Virus record (IMG/VR): IMGVR_UViG_3300032332_001507
Span: 1 to 64,000 of that record
Origin: a virus
Taxonomy: Duplodnaviria; Caudoviricetes
DNA length: 64,000 bases
Strand: one strand, 5' to 3'
Positions 47,315-55,941 of this stretch are shown here, one piece after another. The notes below the pieces were generated by a model. That model saw only the letters and a list, made by a program, of their open reading frames with translations, made no database searches and had not been told where the DNA came from. Each line of letters starts with the position of its first letter. The stretch's first letter is position 1. A program made the position numbers and the translations under genes.

Positions 47315-47814
47315 AAAAATTATTAATTATAGCTGGTTGTTTAGTACTATTAAGTGGTACAGTATACAAATCAGTTGAAAAACCAAGTCACGCTCTTAGA
47401 ATGTATAGAGCAATTATGTTATATTCGGGGATGTATCAAGTACCCAGACATGTAGCATTTAATATTGCTCATTTAGAAACAACATATCGAGGACCCCAAG
47501 ATTCAACTTATAATCCATCTCGAGTATCAAAAATGGGAGCAATGGGCCCAATGCAAATTAGATATAAATATGCTTCTTATTTTGCAGAACGTAAGGTTAC
47601 TAAAGATGAATTAAGGGATAGTATTGAGTTTAATGTTAATTTGAGTATGAAAATACTTGCTCAAAACTATAAACGATATAAAAGTTGGGCCAAAGCAGCA
47701 GGTGCTTACAATACTGGTAGGCCAATTATAAATCATTATGCTAAAGAAGCAGTTAAGAAAAACTATAAAAGAAATTGGTTATCTAAAGAAGAAATCGTAT
47801 ATTCACAAAAATAA
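47311..47814 (+). CDS. Lytic transglycosylase (SLT) with signal/anchor
   Basis: HLET (catalytic Glu), GAMGPMQI, AYNTG. Confidence 0.8.
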   Translation: MKKLLIIAGCLVLLSGTVYKSVEKPSHALRMYRAIMLYSGMYQVPRHVAFNIAHLETTYRGPQDSTYNPSRVSKMGAMGPMQIRYKYASYFAERKVTKDELRDSIEFNVNLSMKILAQNYKRYKSWAKAAGAYNTGRPIINHYAKEAVKKNYKRNWLSKEEIVYSQK

Positions 47815-47819
47815 AAGTT

Positions 47820-48017
47820 ATGAATGATTATTATCTAGAAAAAGCAAAAGACACAGTCTTAAAAAGTACCATCAGTGAAATTACTGAATTAATTGAGGAT
47901 TTAGTAAGGGAAATTGAAAAATTAGAGTACGAAAATGAAAAATTCGAAAATCGAATTATTGAGCTTGAAGGAGAACTCATGGAAAAGGATGAAATGTTGG
48001 AAAATTTAAATAAATAA
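47820..48017 (+). CDS. Coiled-coil hypothetical protein
   Basis: Heptad-rich sequence. Confidence 0.55.
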   Translation: MNDYYLEKAKDTVLKSTISEITELIEDLVREIEKLEYENEKFENRIIELEGELMEKDEMLENLNK

Positions 48018-48020
48018 ATT

Positions 48021-48272
48021 ATGGCAGATTTTAGTAAACAATGGGTCGAGTTAAATGACTCGGAAATGGGATGGGATTTTGATATTGAAGCGATTGCCGC
48101 TGACATGAAACCCGGAACAATCAATCCTTATTACATTTGTGAAGGCTTCGGCTCAGTAGCAATTGGTAAGGATGAAAATGGACAAGTACATTTAGCAATA
48201 GCAACAGGTGTATTTGGAGATGAGGGACATGAAGTAAATTGGAAAACATTAGAGGAGGTACTACATGGATGA
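48021..48272 (+). CDS. Hypothetical protein
   Basis: MADFSKQW...ICEGFG. Confidence 0.55.
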   Translation: MADFSKQWVELNDSEMGWDFDIEAIAADMKPGTINPYYICEGFGSVAIGKDENGQVHLAIATGVFGDEGHEVNWKTLEEVLHG

Positions 48273-48480
48273 TACATTAATGTCATTATATGATTACTTA
48301 GGTAAAGCAGCTGGATTAAAATTAGGTGAGGAAGTAAATAAAGCAGCTCAATTAAGAGATATACCTCCTTATTTACGTCAAGTAAGTAATCCAAAATATG
48401 AGGGTAAAGTAATGTTATATCCAAAATGGTTTTTAGATGAATTCTTTAAAAAAGAAGATGACGATGAATTACCATTCTAA
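48265..48480 (+). CDS. Hypothetical protein with SSB-like acidic DELPF tail
   Basis: SLYDYLGKAAG...EDDDELPF. Confidence 0.55.
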   Translation: MDDTLMSLYDYLGKAAGLKLGEEVNKAAQLRDIPPYLRQVSNPKYEGKVMLYPKWFLDEFFKKEDDDELPF

Positions 48481-48488
48481 TATTTATA
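48479..48488 (+). promoter_or_regulatory. Class B motif
   Basis: AATATTTATA before 48513. Confidence 0.6.
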
Positions 48489-48512
48489 GGTAAATTATCT
48501 ATAGATTAAGAG

Positions 48513-49124
48513 ATGACAGATACAATTTGGGTTGCTGTAATAGGGGGTATAATTGGCCCTATTATAGTTCTAACAAGTAAGTGGTACCTAGACAATAAGT
48601 TAGGTAAGAAAAAGAGAGATATGGTTACTGATGCCTTAGAAGTAGGTGAGCAAGTAACAACTAAGTTAGACCAAATAAGAGAAGATTATGAGGCCGACCG
48701 TGTATGGATTAGTCAATTCCATAACGGCGGCCACTTTTATCCTACAGGAAAAAGTATAGCTAAGTTCTCTATATTCTATGAAACAGTAACCCCAAGTGCT
48801 TCATCACTTCAGTTAACACTTAAAAATATTCCTGTAGCTTTGTTTTCAAAAAGCTTTAATGAATTATCAAGTGAAGGAGCAATTGCTATTTCTGATTTTG
48901 AAGACGAGACTATAGCAACATTTGGATTAAAATATTTTGCAGCCGAGTATGGAACTAAATCTCAATACTTATTTGCTATTAAAAACTTTGAAGGTAAATT
49001 TATAGCTATTATGGGTGTTGATTACACAACTGAAAAGCATAGATTGAAAGCTAAAGAAATTGAAGACCTTGTTCACACTTCCATCGCTCTAGGTGGAGTA
49101 TTATCTAATCACTTAAAATCATAA
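48513..49124 (+). CDS. N-terminal TM + GAF-like domain protein (putative holin)
   Basis: TM 5-22; ADRVWISQFHNG...SIFYE...FIAIMGVDY GAF-like pattern; precedes putative endolysin. Confidence 0.55.
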   Translation: MTDTIWVAVIGGIIGPIIVLTSKWYLDNKLGKKKRDMVTDALEVGEQVTTKLDQIREDYEADRVWISQFHNGGHFYPTGKSIAKFSIFYETVTPSASSLQLTLKNIPVALFSKSFNELSSEGAIAISDFEDETIATFGLKYFAAEYGTKSQYLFAIKNFEGKFIAIMGVDYTTEKHRLKAKEIEDLVHTSIALGGVLSNHLKS

Positions 49125-49129
49125 AACAC

Positions 49130-49720
49130 ATGAATTATTCAAAAGACAAAATTGAATCAGCAGTTAAAGCCAAAGGTTATGTTTGGTTTGAAGGCGCAAA
49201 AGACTTTGACGTTAACATCGTTGGAGTAAGAAACTCAGATACTGGTAATGCAGTTACAAATGTATTTGATGATCGCATCACAGTATCGTATAAAGAAAAT
49301 GGTAACTGGGTTTACAACGAGTGGATCATCACTACTGACCCAGGTAAAAAAGGTGTTATGGAATACCATAACGCAGCGGGTGTTGCTCGTTTAGTAGAAG
49401 GCCAATATCGTGGTTCACACATGTTAGGTTTACATCAAGGTAAATATGAAGCATTAAGACAAAAAGATAATGTTAAAGTTTATCGTGATGCAAATCGTGA
49501 TATGAAATATGATGAAAACAAAATCCAAGAAGGTGTATTTGGAATTAACATCCACAAAGCAGGTGAAGATTCAACTTATGTTGAAAACTGGTCTGAAGGA
49601 TGTCAAGTGTTCAAACGTGCTAAAGATTTTAACGCGTTTATGGAAATCATGAGAAAAGCAGCTGCTGTTCATGGTAACTCATTTACTTACACTTTGATTG
49701 AAAGTGCTGATATAAAATAA
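49130..49720 (+). CDS. Putative endolysin, L,D-transpeptidase (YkuD)-like peptidase
   Basis: FGINIHKAG...WSEGCQV (His...SxGC catalytic motif), NIVGVR, FDD, TTDPG. Confidence 0.65.
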   Translation: MNYSKDKIESAVKAKGYVWFEGAKDFDVNIVGVRNSDTGNAVTNVFDDRITVSYKENGNWVYNEWIITTDPGKKGVMEYHNAAGVARLVEGQYRGSHMLGLHQGKYEALRQKDNVKVYRDANRDMKYDENKIQEGVFGINIHKAGEDSTYVENWSEGCQVFKRAKDFNAFMEIMRKAAAVHGNSFTYTLIESADIK

Positions 49721-49747
49721 ATTATTTTTAAATATTTTAGTAGAAAG

Positions 49748-49779
49748 TTGGGTCTTCGGACCCTTCTTTCGTATATTTA
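49748..49779 (+). promoter_or_regulatory. Class A promoter with embedded terminator hairpin
   Basis: TTGGG(49748); GGGTC-TTCG-GACCC hairpin 49750-49763; CGTATATTTA 49770-49779. Confidence 0.75.
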
Positions 49780-49803
49780 CGGCATAATAATAAAATTAAA
49801 GTT

Positions 49804-50154
49804 ATGATTGAAAAATTGAAATTACACAACGAAACAGAGTTATGGCTTGAACCAGACGTTGCAACTCAAACTGTAGATGTTTTTCTATATGATATATATA
49901 ATGAAACTAAAACACGTTTAGTAACGTGGCAAGGCAATAAAGGTATCCCAGGTGGTGCTTGGACCAGTAATCATTTTGGTCATAAAAATACATTTTTTAA
50001 CATTGTAAAAGAGTATAAAAATAAATTTACTCGTAGTTTTAACAAATGTAAAGAATTTAATAACACTAATGGTGAGACTAAGGATGGACTATTATTACAA
50101 TGGAATTGCTTGAAACGTAGAGTGAATATCAAAATTCATAAATTAACACGATGA
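49804..50154 (+). CDS. Hypothetical protein
   Basis: ORF track. Confidence 0.55.
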   Translation: MIEKLKLHNETELWLEPDVATQTVDVFLYDIYNETKTRLVTWQGNKGIPGGAWTSNHFGHKNTFFNIVKEYKNKFTRSFNKCKEFNNTNGETKDGLLLQWNCLKRRVNIKIHKLTR

Positions 50155-50387
50155 AAAAATTAATATTATTATTAAGTTTATGTTCATTTACTTTAGCACA
50201 ACCAAATGAACCTAGAACAGCTAAAGCAGTAGCAATGGTTCAAGTAGCACCTGATCAAGACCCATATGTTAAAGTATACTTTGCTTGGATTGATAGTTTA
50301 ACAGATCCAAATGAACATTTAGATACATCAATAACATATCATCAAGATTCACTTCCTAAAATAGGAGATATAATTCAAATAAAATGA
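50151..50387 (+). CDS. Small secreted protein
   Basis: MKKLILLLSLCSFTLA signal peptide. Confidence 0.55.
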   Translation: MKKLILLLSLCSFTLAQPNEPRTAKAVAMVQVAPDQDPYVKVYFAWIDSLTDPNEHLDTSITYHQDSLPKIGDIIQIK

Positions 50388-50764
50388 AAACATTAATATT
50401 ATTAAGAGGATTACCTGGAGCAGGTAAGTCAACATTCGCTAAGACGTTGGGAGGTATCCATATCGAAGCTGACCATTATTTTATGAAGGATGGTGAATAT
50501 AAGTTTGATGCTTCTAAACTAAAACAAGCACATGAACACTGTAGAACCAGTACTGAAGGCTGGATGATGGAAGGATATAATATAGTAGTATCCAACACAT
50601 TTACTCAGGAATGGGAAATGGATGCTTATTATGAGTTGGCTAAAAAGTACGGATATCGAGTATATTCGATTATTGTAGAGAATAGACACGGTGGAGTGAA
50701 TGAGCATGGTGTACCTGCAGATAAGTTAGAACAAATGAAAAATAGATTTGAAATAAAGTTGTAA
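50384..50764 (+). CDS. P-loop kinase (AAA_33, polynucleotide kinase-like)
   Basis: LRGLPGAGKST, EADHYF, VSNTF, HGVP. Confidence 0.85.
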   Translation: MKTLILLRGLPGAGKSTFAKTLGGIHIEADHYFMKDGEYKFDASKLKQAHEHCRTSTEGWMMEGYNIVVSNTFTQEWEMDAYYELAKKYGYRVYSIIVENRHGGVNEHGVPADKLEQMKNRFEIKL

Positions 50765-50765
50765 T

Positions 50766-51911
50766 ATGGAAAATAATAACTCAGTGTGCTACGTAGCACG
50801 TATAAACGAAATTAAAGAAATACTAGGAGCAGATAATATCGAACAAGCTGTTGTCGGAGGATGGAATTGTATTATCCAAAAAGGACAATACGCTGAAGGA
50901 GGACTAGTTGTAATAGCAACTACAGATGCAGTCATACCACAAGACCTGTCAGATGCCATGAATGTGACTAATTACTTACGTAAAGGCCAGCGTGTACGTA
51001 CTGTTAAGTTGAGAGGAGTGTATTCTGAGTGTTTGATTATTCCACTCAACATAGCATCAAAGGTGACTGGGTATGCTAATACAAAATGGGATGAAGGAGA
51101 GGACATGATGGACGTGTTGAAGATCTTTAAATATGAACCACCTGCAGTACAAATACAATTATCTTCAGGTCGTAAGATTAGATATCATCAAAATCCAAAC
51201 TTCACAGTGTACCACAAGTTTCCTAACTTGAAGAACGTAGCTGGATTGTTTACTGAGGAAGACAACGTACAGATCACTCGTAAGTTACATGGAACCAATG
51301 CTCGCTATGGTATTGTTAAGAAGTCAAAGCTGTCCTTATGGGATAAGGTTAGGAAGTTCTTTACTGGTGATCCATGGATTGAATATGAGTACGTATATGG
51401 ATCGCATAACGTAGAGAAAGGTTCAGACTCACAAGGTTTCTACTCAACAGACGTTTGGAGAGAAGTAGCTGATAAGTATGATCTTAAAGAGAAGATGTGG
51501 CATTTGGCTAAGGTAGTGCACTCGATTGAGTACATAGGATCCGGTATCGTACTATATGGTGAGATATACGGTCCTGGTATCCAAAAGAACTACGACTACG
51601 GAATGAAGGAGTTGGAGTTTGCTGGATTTGATATTACCCTTGATGGTGAATACCAAAACGTATTCAGAACAAGGCACCTTATTGAAAGCGCAACATTGCT
51701 ATTACGTCATGTACCTGAGTTGTATGTTGGTCTATGGTCTCAAGAGATCCAAGACAAGTTTACATTCTACAACTTCATTGAAGGAACCAAAGTACCACAT
51801 GAAGGTATTGTAATCAAACACGTAAGTGGAAAGAGGGAGAAGGTAGCTAAAGTAATTAACCCGGATTATCTTATCTACGGAGAGAAACATGATGTAGGGG
51901 ATTCACACTAA
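50766..51911 (+). CDS. RNA ligase, DRB0094/Rnl2 family
   Basis: GADNIE N-domain, RTVKLRGVYSE, KLHGTN (motif I), YGEIYG.GIQKN, FDI, HEGIV, KVINP.YL. Confidence 0.88.
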   Translation: MENNNSVCYVARINEIKEILGADNIEQAVVGGWNCIIQKGQYAEGGLVVIATTDAVIPQDLSDAMNVTNYLRKGQRVRTVKLRGVYSECLIIPLNIASKVTGYANTKWDEGEDMMDVLKIFKYEPPAVQIQLSSGRKIRYHQNPNFTVYHKFPNLKNVAGLFTEEDNVQITRKLHGTNARYGIVKKSKLSLWDKVRKFFTGDPWIEYEYVYGSHNVEKGSDSQGFYSTDVWREVADKYDLKEKMWHLAKVVHSIEYIGSGIVLYGEIYGPGIQKNYDYGMKELEFAGFDITLDGEYQNVFRTRHLIESATLLLRHVPELYVGLWSQEIQDKFTFYNFIEGTKVPHEGIVIKHVSGKREKVAKVINPDYLIYGEKHDVGDSH

Positions 51912-51918
51912 TATTTAT
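51910..51918 (+). promoter_or_regulatory. Class B motif
   Basis: AATATTTAT(TAGTATG). Confidence 0.65.
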
Positions 51919-51922
51919 TAGT

Positions 51923-53173
51923 ATGAAATTAGACAAACTAAAGCAACTAATAAAAGAGGAAATTGATAATACTTTCCTAAATGAAAAAGTAGGTGTTCCT
52001 GATAATATCACTACTGTAGCATCTCAGGTATTTCAAGGATATATGGATTTTCTCCAATCATATCCTGATGATATGGATATTACCGATATAAATGGTGGTC
52101 CAACAATCGATAACTCAGGTAAAGGATTTGATATAGCAGATTTACATTTAAATAGCATTTACATTGGTACAGAACTTATACCTCATAGTGAATTAGCATT
52201 TGGTGGGATGGCTGTTCCTAGTGTTCAAAAATTTGCTCCTAATTCTAATTTAAGAATGCTTCCTCCTAAAGACTTAAGCCAATTTGAAGATGTAAGCATT
52301 AGATTAATTATAGCTACTCCTCCTGTAGTTCCAATTGAAGAATTAATGCTTTTCTTATTATCCGAAAAACCAGAAATTGTTAGCTCATTCGCTCATGAGT
52401 TAAAACATTGGTATGATGGATATAAAAATATAGGAGGTTCTAAAGCAAAAGATCGAGCCCAATACCATATGTCTACCCGTGCTAGTTTTGGAGAAATAAC
52501 CCCAATAAATGATTTCTTCTTTGCTTTATACTTTATTTCAGGAATAGAATCATTAGTAAGACCATCTGAGTTAGCAAGTGAGATGGAAATTAAAGGAGTA
52601 ACTAGAAAAGAATTTTACGATTTTTTAACTCAAAGTAAAGTATTTACTAAATTAAAAAGTATTAGAGATTGGACATATGATGGATTTAGAGCTGAGCTTA
52701 AAAACTATATTCCTCAAATCAAAAGTATATTAAGATTTGCAAGTGTGCCTATAAGAGGAAAAAATGAAGATCAACTTATAGATGACATTCTTACATTAGT
52801 ATTAGTAAATGCTGTTAACTGGCACTCTAGTGAGTTAGCTCAAATAGTCTCTAATCCTCAAAGTCTCAGAGACATGTTAGATTCACTGCTTGGGAAGCCT
52901 ACTGTGTCAGATGAAGATACAAAGGCATTTAATAAACAAATAGATAATATTCAAAGATTTGGGAAGGATTATGAAAAATATTTTAAGTATAATGAAAAAC
53001 TATTTCGTATGTTAGCTGATGATACTATAAAGAGAATATCTAAAACATATTCTTTAATTCCAAGTGATGAAGAATTAACTGAGGTTAAAATAGCTAATCG
53101 TGAAGCATGGTATAAAGCGTATGGGTACAAGGGAAAGTTAGACACCAAGCTGAAACGCCCTAAATTAAAATAA
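51923..53173 (+). CDS. Putative zincin metalloprotease with MKL..LKQLIKEEI leader
   Basis: FAHELKHWYD (HExxH) with downstream Glu; leader family. Confidence 0.55.
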   Translation: MKLDKLKQLIKEEIDNTFLNEKVGVPDNITTVASQVFQGYMDFLQSYPDDMDITDINGGPTIDNSGKGFDIADLHLNSIYIGTELIPHSELAFGGMAVPSVQKFAPNSNLRMLPPKDLSQFEDVSIRLIIATPPVVPIEELMLFLLSEKPEIVSSFAHELKHWYDGYKNIGGSKAKDRAQYHMSTRASFGEITPINDFFFALYFISGIESLVRPSELASEMEIKGVTRKEFYDFLTQSKVFTKLKSIRDWTYDGFRAELKNYIPQIKSILRFASVPIRGKNEDQLIDDILTLVLVNAVNWHSSELAQIVSNPQSLRDMLDSLLGKPTVSDEDTKAFNKQIDNIQRFGKDYEKYFKYNEKLFRMLADDTIKRISKTYSLIPSDEELTEVKIANREAWYKAYGYKGKLDTKLKRPKLK

Positions 53174-53180
53174 TTAAACA

Positions 53181-53216
53181 AAGGCTTGGGAAACCAAGCC
53201 TTCTTTCATATGTTTA
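53181..53216 (+). terminator. Terminator hairpin overlapping class A promoter
   Basis: AAGGCTTGG-GAAA-CCAAGCCTT (near-identical to 10673); CATATGTTTA at 53207. Confidence 0.75.
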
Positions 53217-53222
53217 CAGTAT

Positions 53223-53882
53223 ATGAAGATAGAATTAAATAAAGGTCAAAGGTTATGGTTTACAAGTGACACTCACTACAACCACGCTAACATATGTAAA
53301 GCAACTACTAATTGGACTGGAGCTGATAATTTAACTCGTGACTTTAGTTCATTAGATAGAATGAATGATGAGTTAGTGTATTGGATAAATGGCTATGTTG
53401 GACAAGATGATATTTTGATTCACTTAGGTGACTGGTCATTTGGTGGATTTGAGAGTATTAAAGCATTTAGAGATAGAATTGTATGTAAGAATGTACATTT
53501 GGTTTTAGGTAACCACGACCATCATATCCAACGAAACAAGGACAATGTGCAAAGCTTATTCAGCTCAGTACATGAGTATTTATACTTGGAAGTTAAACGC
53601 CCCGGTAGGTCTAAGAAAGAGGCTATAGATCGATTTACTTTTGTTTGTATGCACTATCCAATTGCTAGTTGGATCAATATGAACAATGGAGTCATTCACT
53701 TACATGGACACGTTCACTTACCTATTCACCTTAGGGTAGCCGATGGTAAAGCAATGGATGTAGGAGTGGATGGAAATTGTATGGCACCTATTAGTATGGA
53801 AGACGTATTAAAAATAATGGACAAACAACCAATTGCTAAATTAACATTACCAAAAGATCATCACGAAAAAAGATTAATATGA
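53223..53882 (+). CDS. Calcineurin-like metallophosphoesterase
   Basis: TSDTHYNH, HLGD, GNHD, HYP, HLHGHVH, DVGVD. Confidence 0.88.
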   Translation: MKIELNKGQRLWFTSDTHYNHANICKATTNWTGADNLTRDFSSLDRMNDELVYWINGYVGQDDILIHLGDWSFGGFESIKAFRDRIVCKNVHLVLGNHDHHIQRNKDNVQSLFSSVHEYLYLEVKRPGRSKKEAIDRFTFVCMHYPIASWINMNNGVIHLHGHVHLPIHLRVADGKAMDVGVDGNCMAPISMEDVLKIMDKQPIAKLTLPKDHHEKRLI

Positions 53883-54598
53883 GAACAATATTTTTAGGCG
53901 ACACACATGGTCGCGCAACATGGAAAGACATTATTACTAAAGAAAACCCAGACCGAGTTGTCTTTATAGGAGATTATTTTGATAGCTTTGATATTGGACC
54001 AGCTGAACAGATGTTCAACTTTAAAGAGATCATTGAGTTTAAAAAGCAAGCTAAGGATATAGAAGTTATCTTATTAGTTGGTAATCACGATTTTCATTAT
54101 TACCCCGGTGGTGAAACATACTCAGGTTACAAAGCTGGGTCAGCACCTGCTATTAGACAACTATTAGAGGAAAATAAAGATCATTTACAAATGTGTTATC
54201 AATTAGATAATATCCTATGTTCACATGCTGGTATAGGTCATAATTGGTTAGTTGAACAAGAAAAATATGATCGAGAAACAGATCCAGGTACAATAGCTGA
54301 TTATGTAAATGCTATTTGGAATCACCAACCTAATCACTTTATGTTTTATGGTTGGGATCCATATGGTGATTCAAAAACACAAACACCAATTTGGATTCGT
54401 CCTATGAGTTTAATGGCAGGTAATAAAGAAACATTCCTTAAAAAGGATTATATTCAAATTGTAGGCCATACTGGAGTTAAAATGATTGATATTAAAGGTA
54501 AAGCAACTGGTGGTAGATATTATCTTATCGATGCTATTGATCAACAACAGTATTTAATTTATGAGGGTGGAAAATTTGAACTAGGGCAATTACATTAA
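53879..54598 (+). CDS. Calcineurin-like metallophosphoesterase (phosphatase-like)
   Basis: GDTHG, GDYFD, GNHD, SHAG, PIWIR, QIVGHT. Confidence 0.88.
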   Translation: MRTIFLGDTHGRATWKDIITKENPDRVVFIGDYFDSFDIGPAEQMFNFKEIIEFKKQAKDIEVILLVGNHDFHYYPGGETYSGYKAGSAPAIRQLLEENKDHLQMCYQLDNILCSHAGIGHNWLVEQEKYDRETDPGTIADYVNAIWNHQPNHFMFYGWDPYGDSKTQTPIWIRPMSLMAGNKETFLKKDYIQIVGHTGVKMIDIKGKATGGRYYLIDAIDQQQYLIYEGGKFELGQLH

Positions 54599-54606
54599 TA
54601 TTTATA
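54597..54606 (+). promoter_or_regulatory. Class B motif
   Basis: AATATTTATA before 54620. Confidence 0.55.
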
Positions 54607-54619
54607 ACAAAACAAATAT

Positions 54620-54844
54620 ATGATTAATTTATTTTTAATATTATTTTTATTAGGATTAGGATTAGCATTTTGGATTTTACTTAAACGTGATTCAAAAATT
54701 GAGACACCAACAATAACAGTTGAAGACACTCCAAAAACAGAAATCTATTATGAGAGAATGAATCGTAAATTAGATGAAGTAGAATTAGTGGCTAAAATGT
54801 CTCCAGCTAAAAAACCAAGAAAACCTAAGCAGAATAAAAAATAA
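54620..54844 (+). CDS. Small membrane-anchored protein with basic tail
   Basis: N-terminal TM; PAKKPRKPKQNKK. Confidence 0.55.
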   Translation: MINLFLILFLLGLGLAFWILLKRDSKIETPTITVEDTPKTEIYYERMNRKLDEVELVAKMSPAKKPRKPKQNKK

Positions 54845-55881
54845 TGATTTCGAATCATCCAGGTCCTTGGCAGCAATATCATTTTCGTTCTGATAATAAA
54901 GGTTTGTCAATTATGGAATTGAAATCAAAATACCTTCATGAACAATATTTGTTTGAAGCTGAGTTATTTAATTTACAACAACAACATCAACAAAATGTGT
55001 TTATGAATGGAGGTGGGGGTGGACCTACATCTTCCTCTTCTACACCTACTTACACAACAGCATTACAATTATCATTTAATAACGATTTACAAACTATAGA
55101 AAGTGATTTTGGATTTGATCCTAGGAATGTATCTAATTGGAATAGTAGATTTGTAAATGGAGGATTTGAAACATTAACTATTGATACAACAAATACATAT
55201 GCTCCTATCATTACCCTTAAAGGGAATGATACTAATATAGAAATTGATGCAGATGCATTTCAAGCAAAAACAACTCTACTTTCACTTATAGATTTATATG
55301 ATAATTGTATCAATGAAATAGGACCTAATTGTTTTGAAAATAACAGTATTATACAAAATGTTACATTAAATAATGTTACAATTGTAGGAGTGACCACATT
55401 TGCAGGATGTGGTAGTTTAACATCAGTACGTTTTGATTCATTAACAACTATACCTAATGCGGGTGATTTTAATAGTGGTGTATTTGCTAATTGTGATTTA
55501 AGTGGAGATAATCTAGGAACAATGTTTCCAGCTTTAGTAACAATTGGAAATTTTGCTTTTTATAGAACTAATATTCCTACAATTAGTTCATCTACTATCA
55601 CTACTATTGGTTTTAGAGCATTTGATAATTCAACATCATTAACATCAATTAATTTAACAAATTCTGTAACATTTGGGAATGCTAATGGTGGTAGATCATT
55701 TGCTTCTTGTAGTGGATTGAATAGTATAACATTACCTAGTATATGTACATTCTTTGGTAATAATAATAATACTTTTATTGATGTTGCAAATGGAGGAACG
55801 GCAGTTGTTAATAATGCAAATATAAATAATGCTAGTATACTTTATATAAAGAATACTTTAGGTTGGTCTGTTAATCCTTAA
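54844..55881 (+). CDS. BspA/LRR_5-type leucine-rich repeat protein
   Basis: Repeats TIG..AF..C..LTS(I/V).L; GGGG/S-T linker after N-terminal domain. Confidence 0.75.
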   Translation: MISNHPGPWQQYHFRSDNKGLSIMELKSKYLHEQYLFEAELFNLQQQHQQNVFMNGGGGGPTSSSSTPTYTTALQLSFNNDLQTIESDFGFDPRNVSNWNSRFVNGGFETLTIDTTNTYAPIITLKGNDTNIEIDADAFQAKTTLLSLIDLYDNCINEIGPNCFENNSIIQNVTLNNVTIVGVTTFAGCGSLTSVRFDSLTTIPNAGDFNSGVFANCDLSGDNLGTMFPALVTIGNFAFYRTNIPTISSSTITTIGFRAFDNSTSLTSINLTNSVTFGNANGGRSFASCSGLNSITLPSICTFFGNNNNTFIDVANGGTAVVNNANINNASILYIKNTLGWSVNP

Positions 55882-55905
55882 TCTCATAAAAAATATAATT
55901 AAAAG

Positions 55906-55937
55906 TTGGGCTCTCGAGCCCTTCTTTCGTATATTTA
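55906..55937 (+). promoter_or_regulatory. Class A promoter with embedded terminator hairpin
   Basis: TTGGG(55906); GGGCT-CTCG-AGCCC; CGTATATTTA 55928-55937; flanks match 49745-49779. Confidence 0.75.
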
Positions 55938-55941
55938 AAGC

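Noticed and set aside
51619-51813. 64-aa + strand ORF within the RNA ligase gene
   Set aside because: Out-of-frame overlap inside a conserved gene with a non-ATG start
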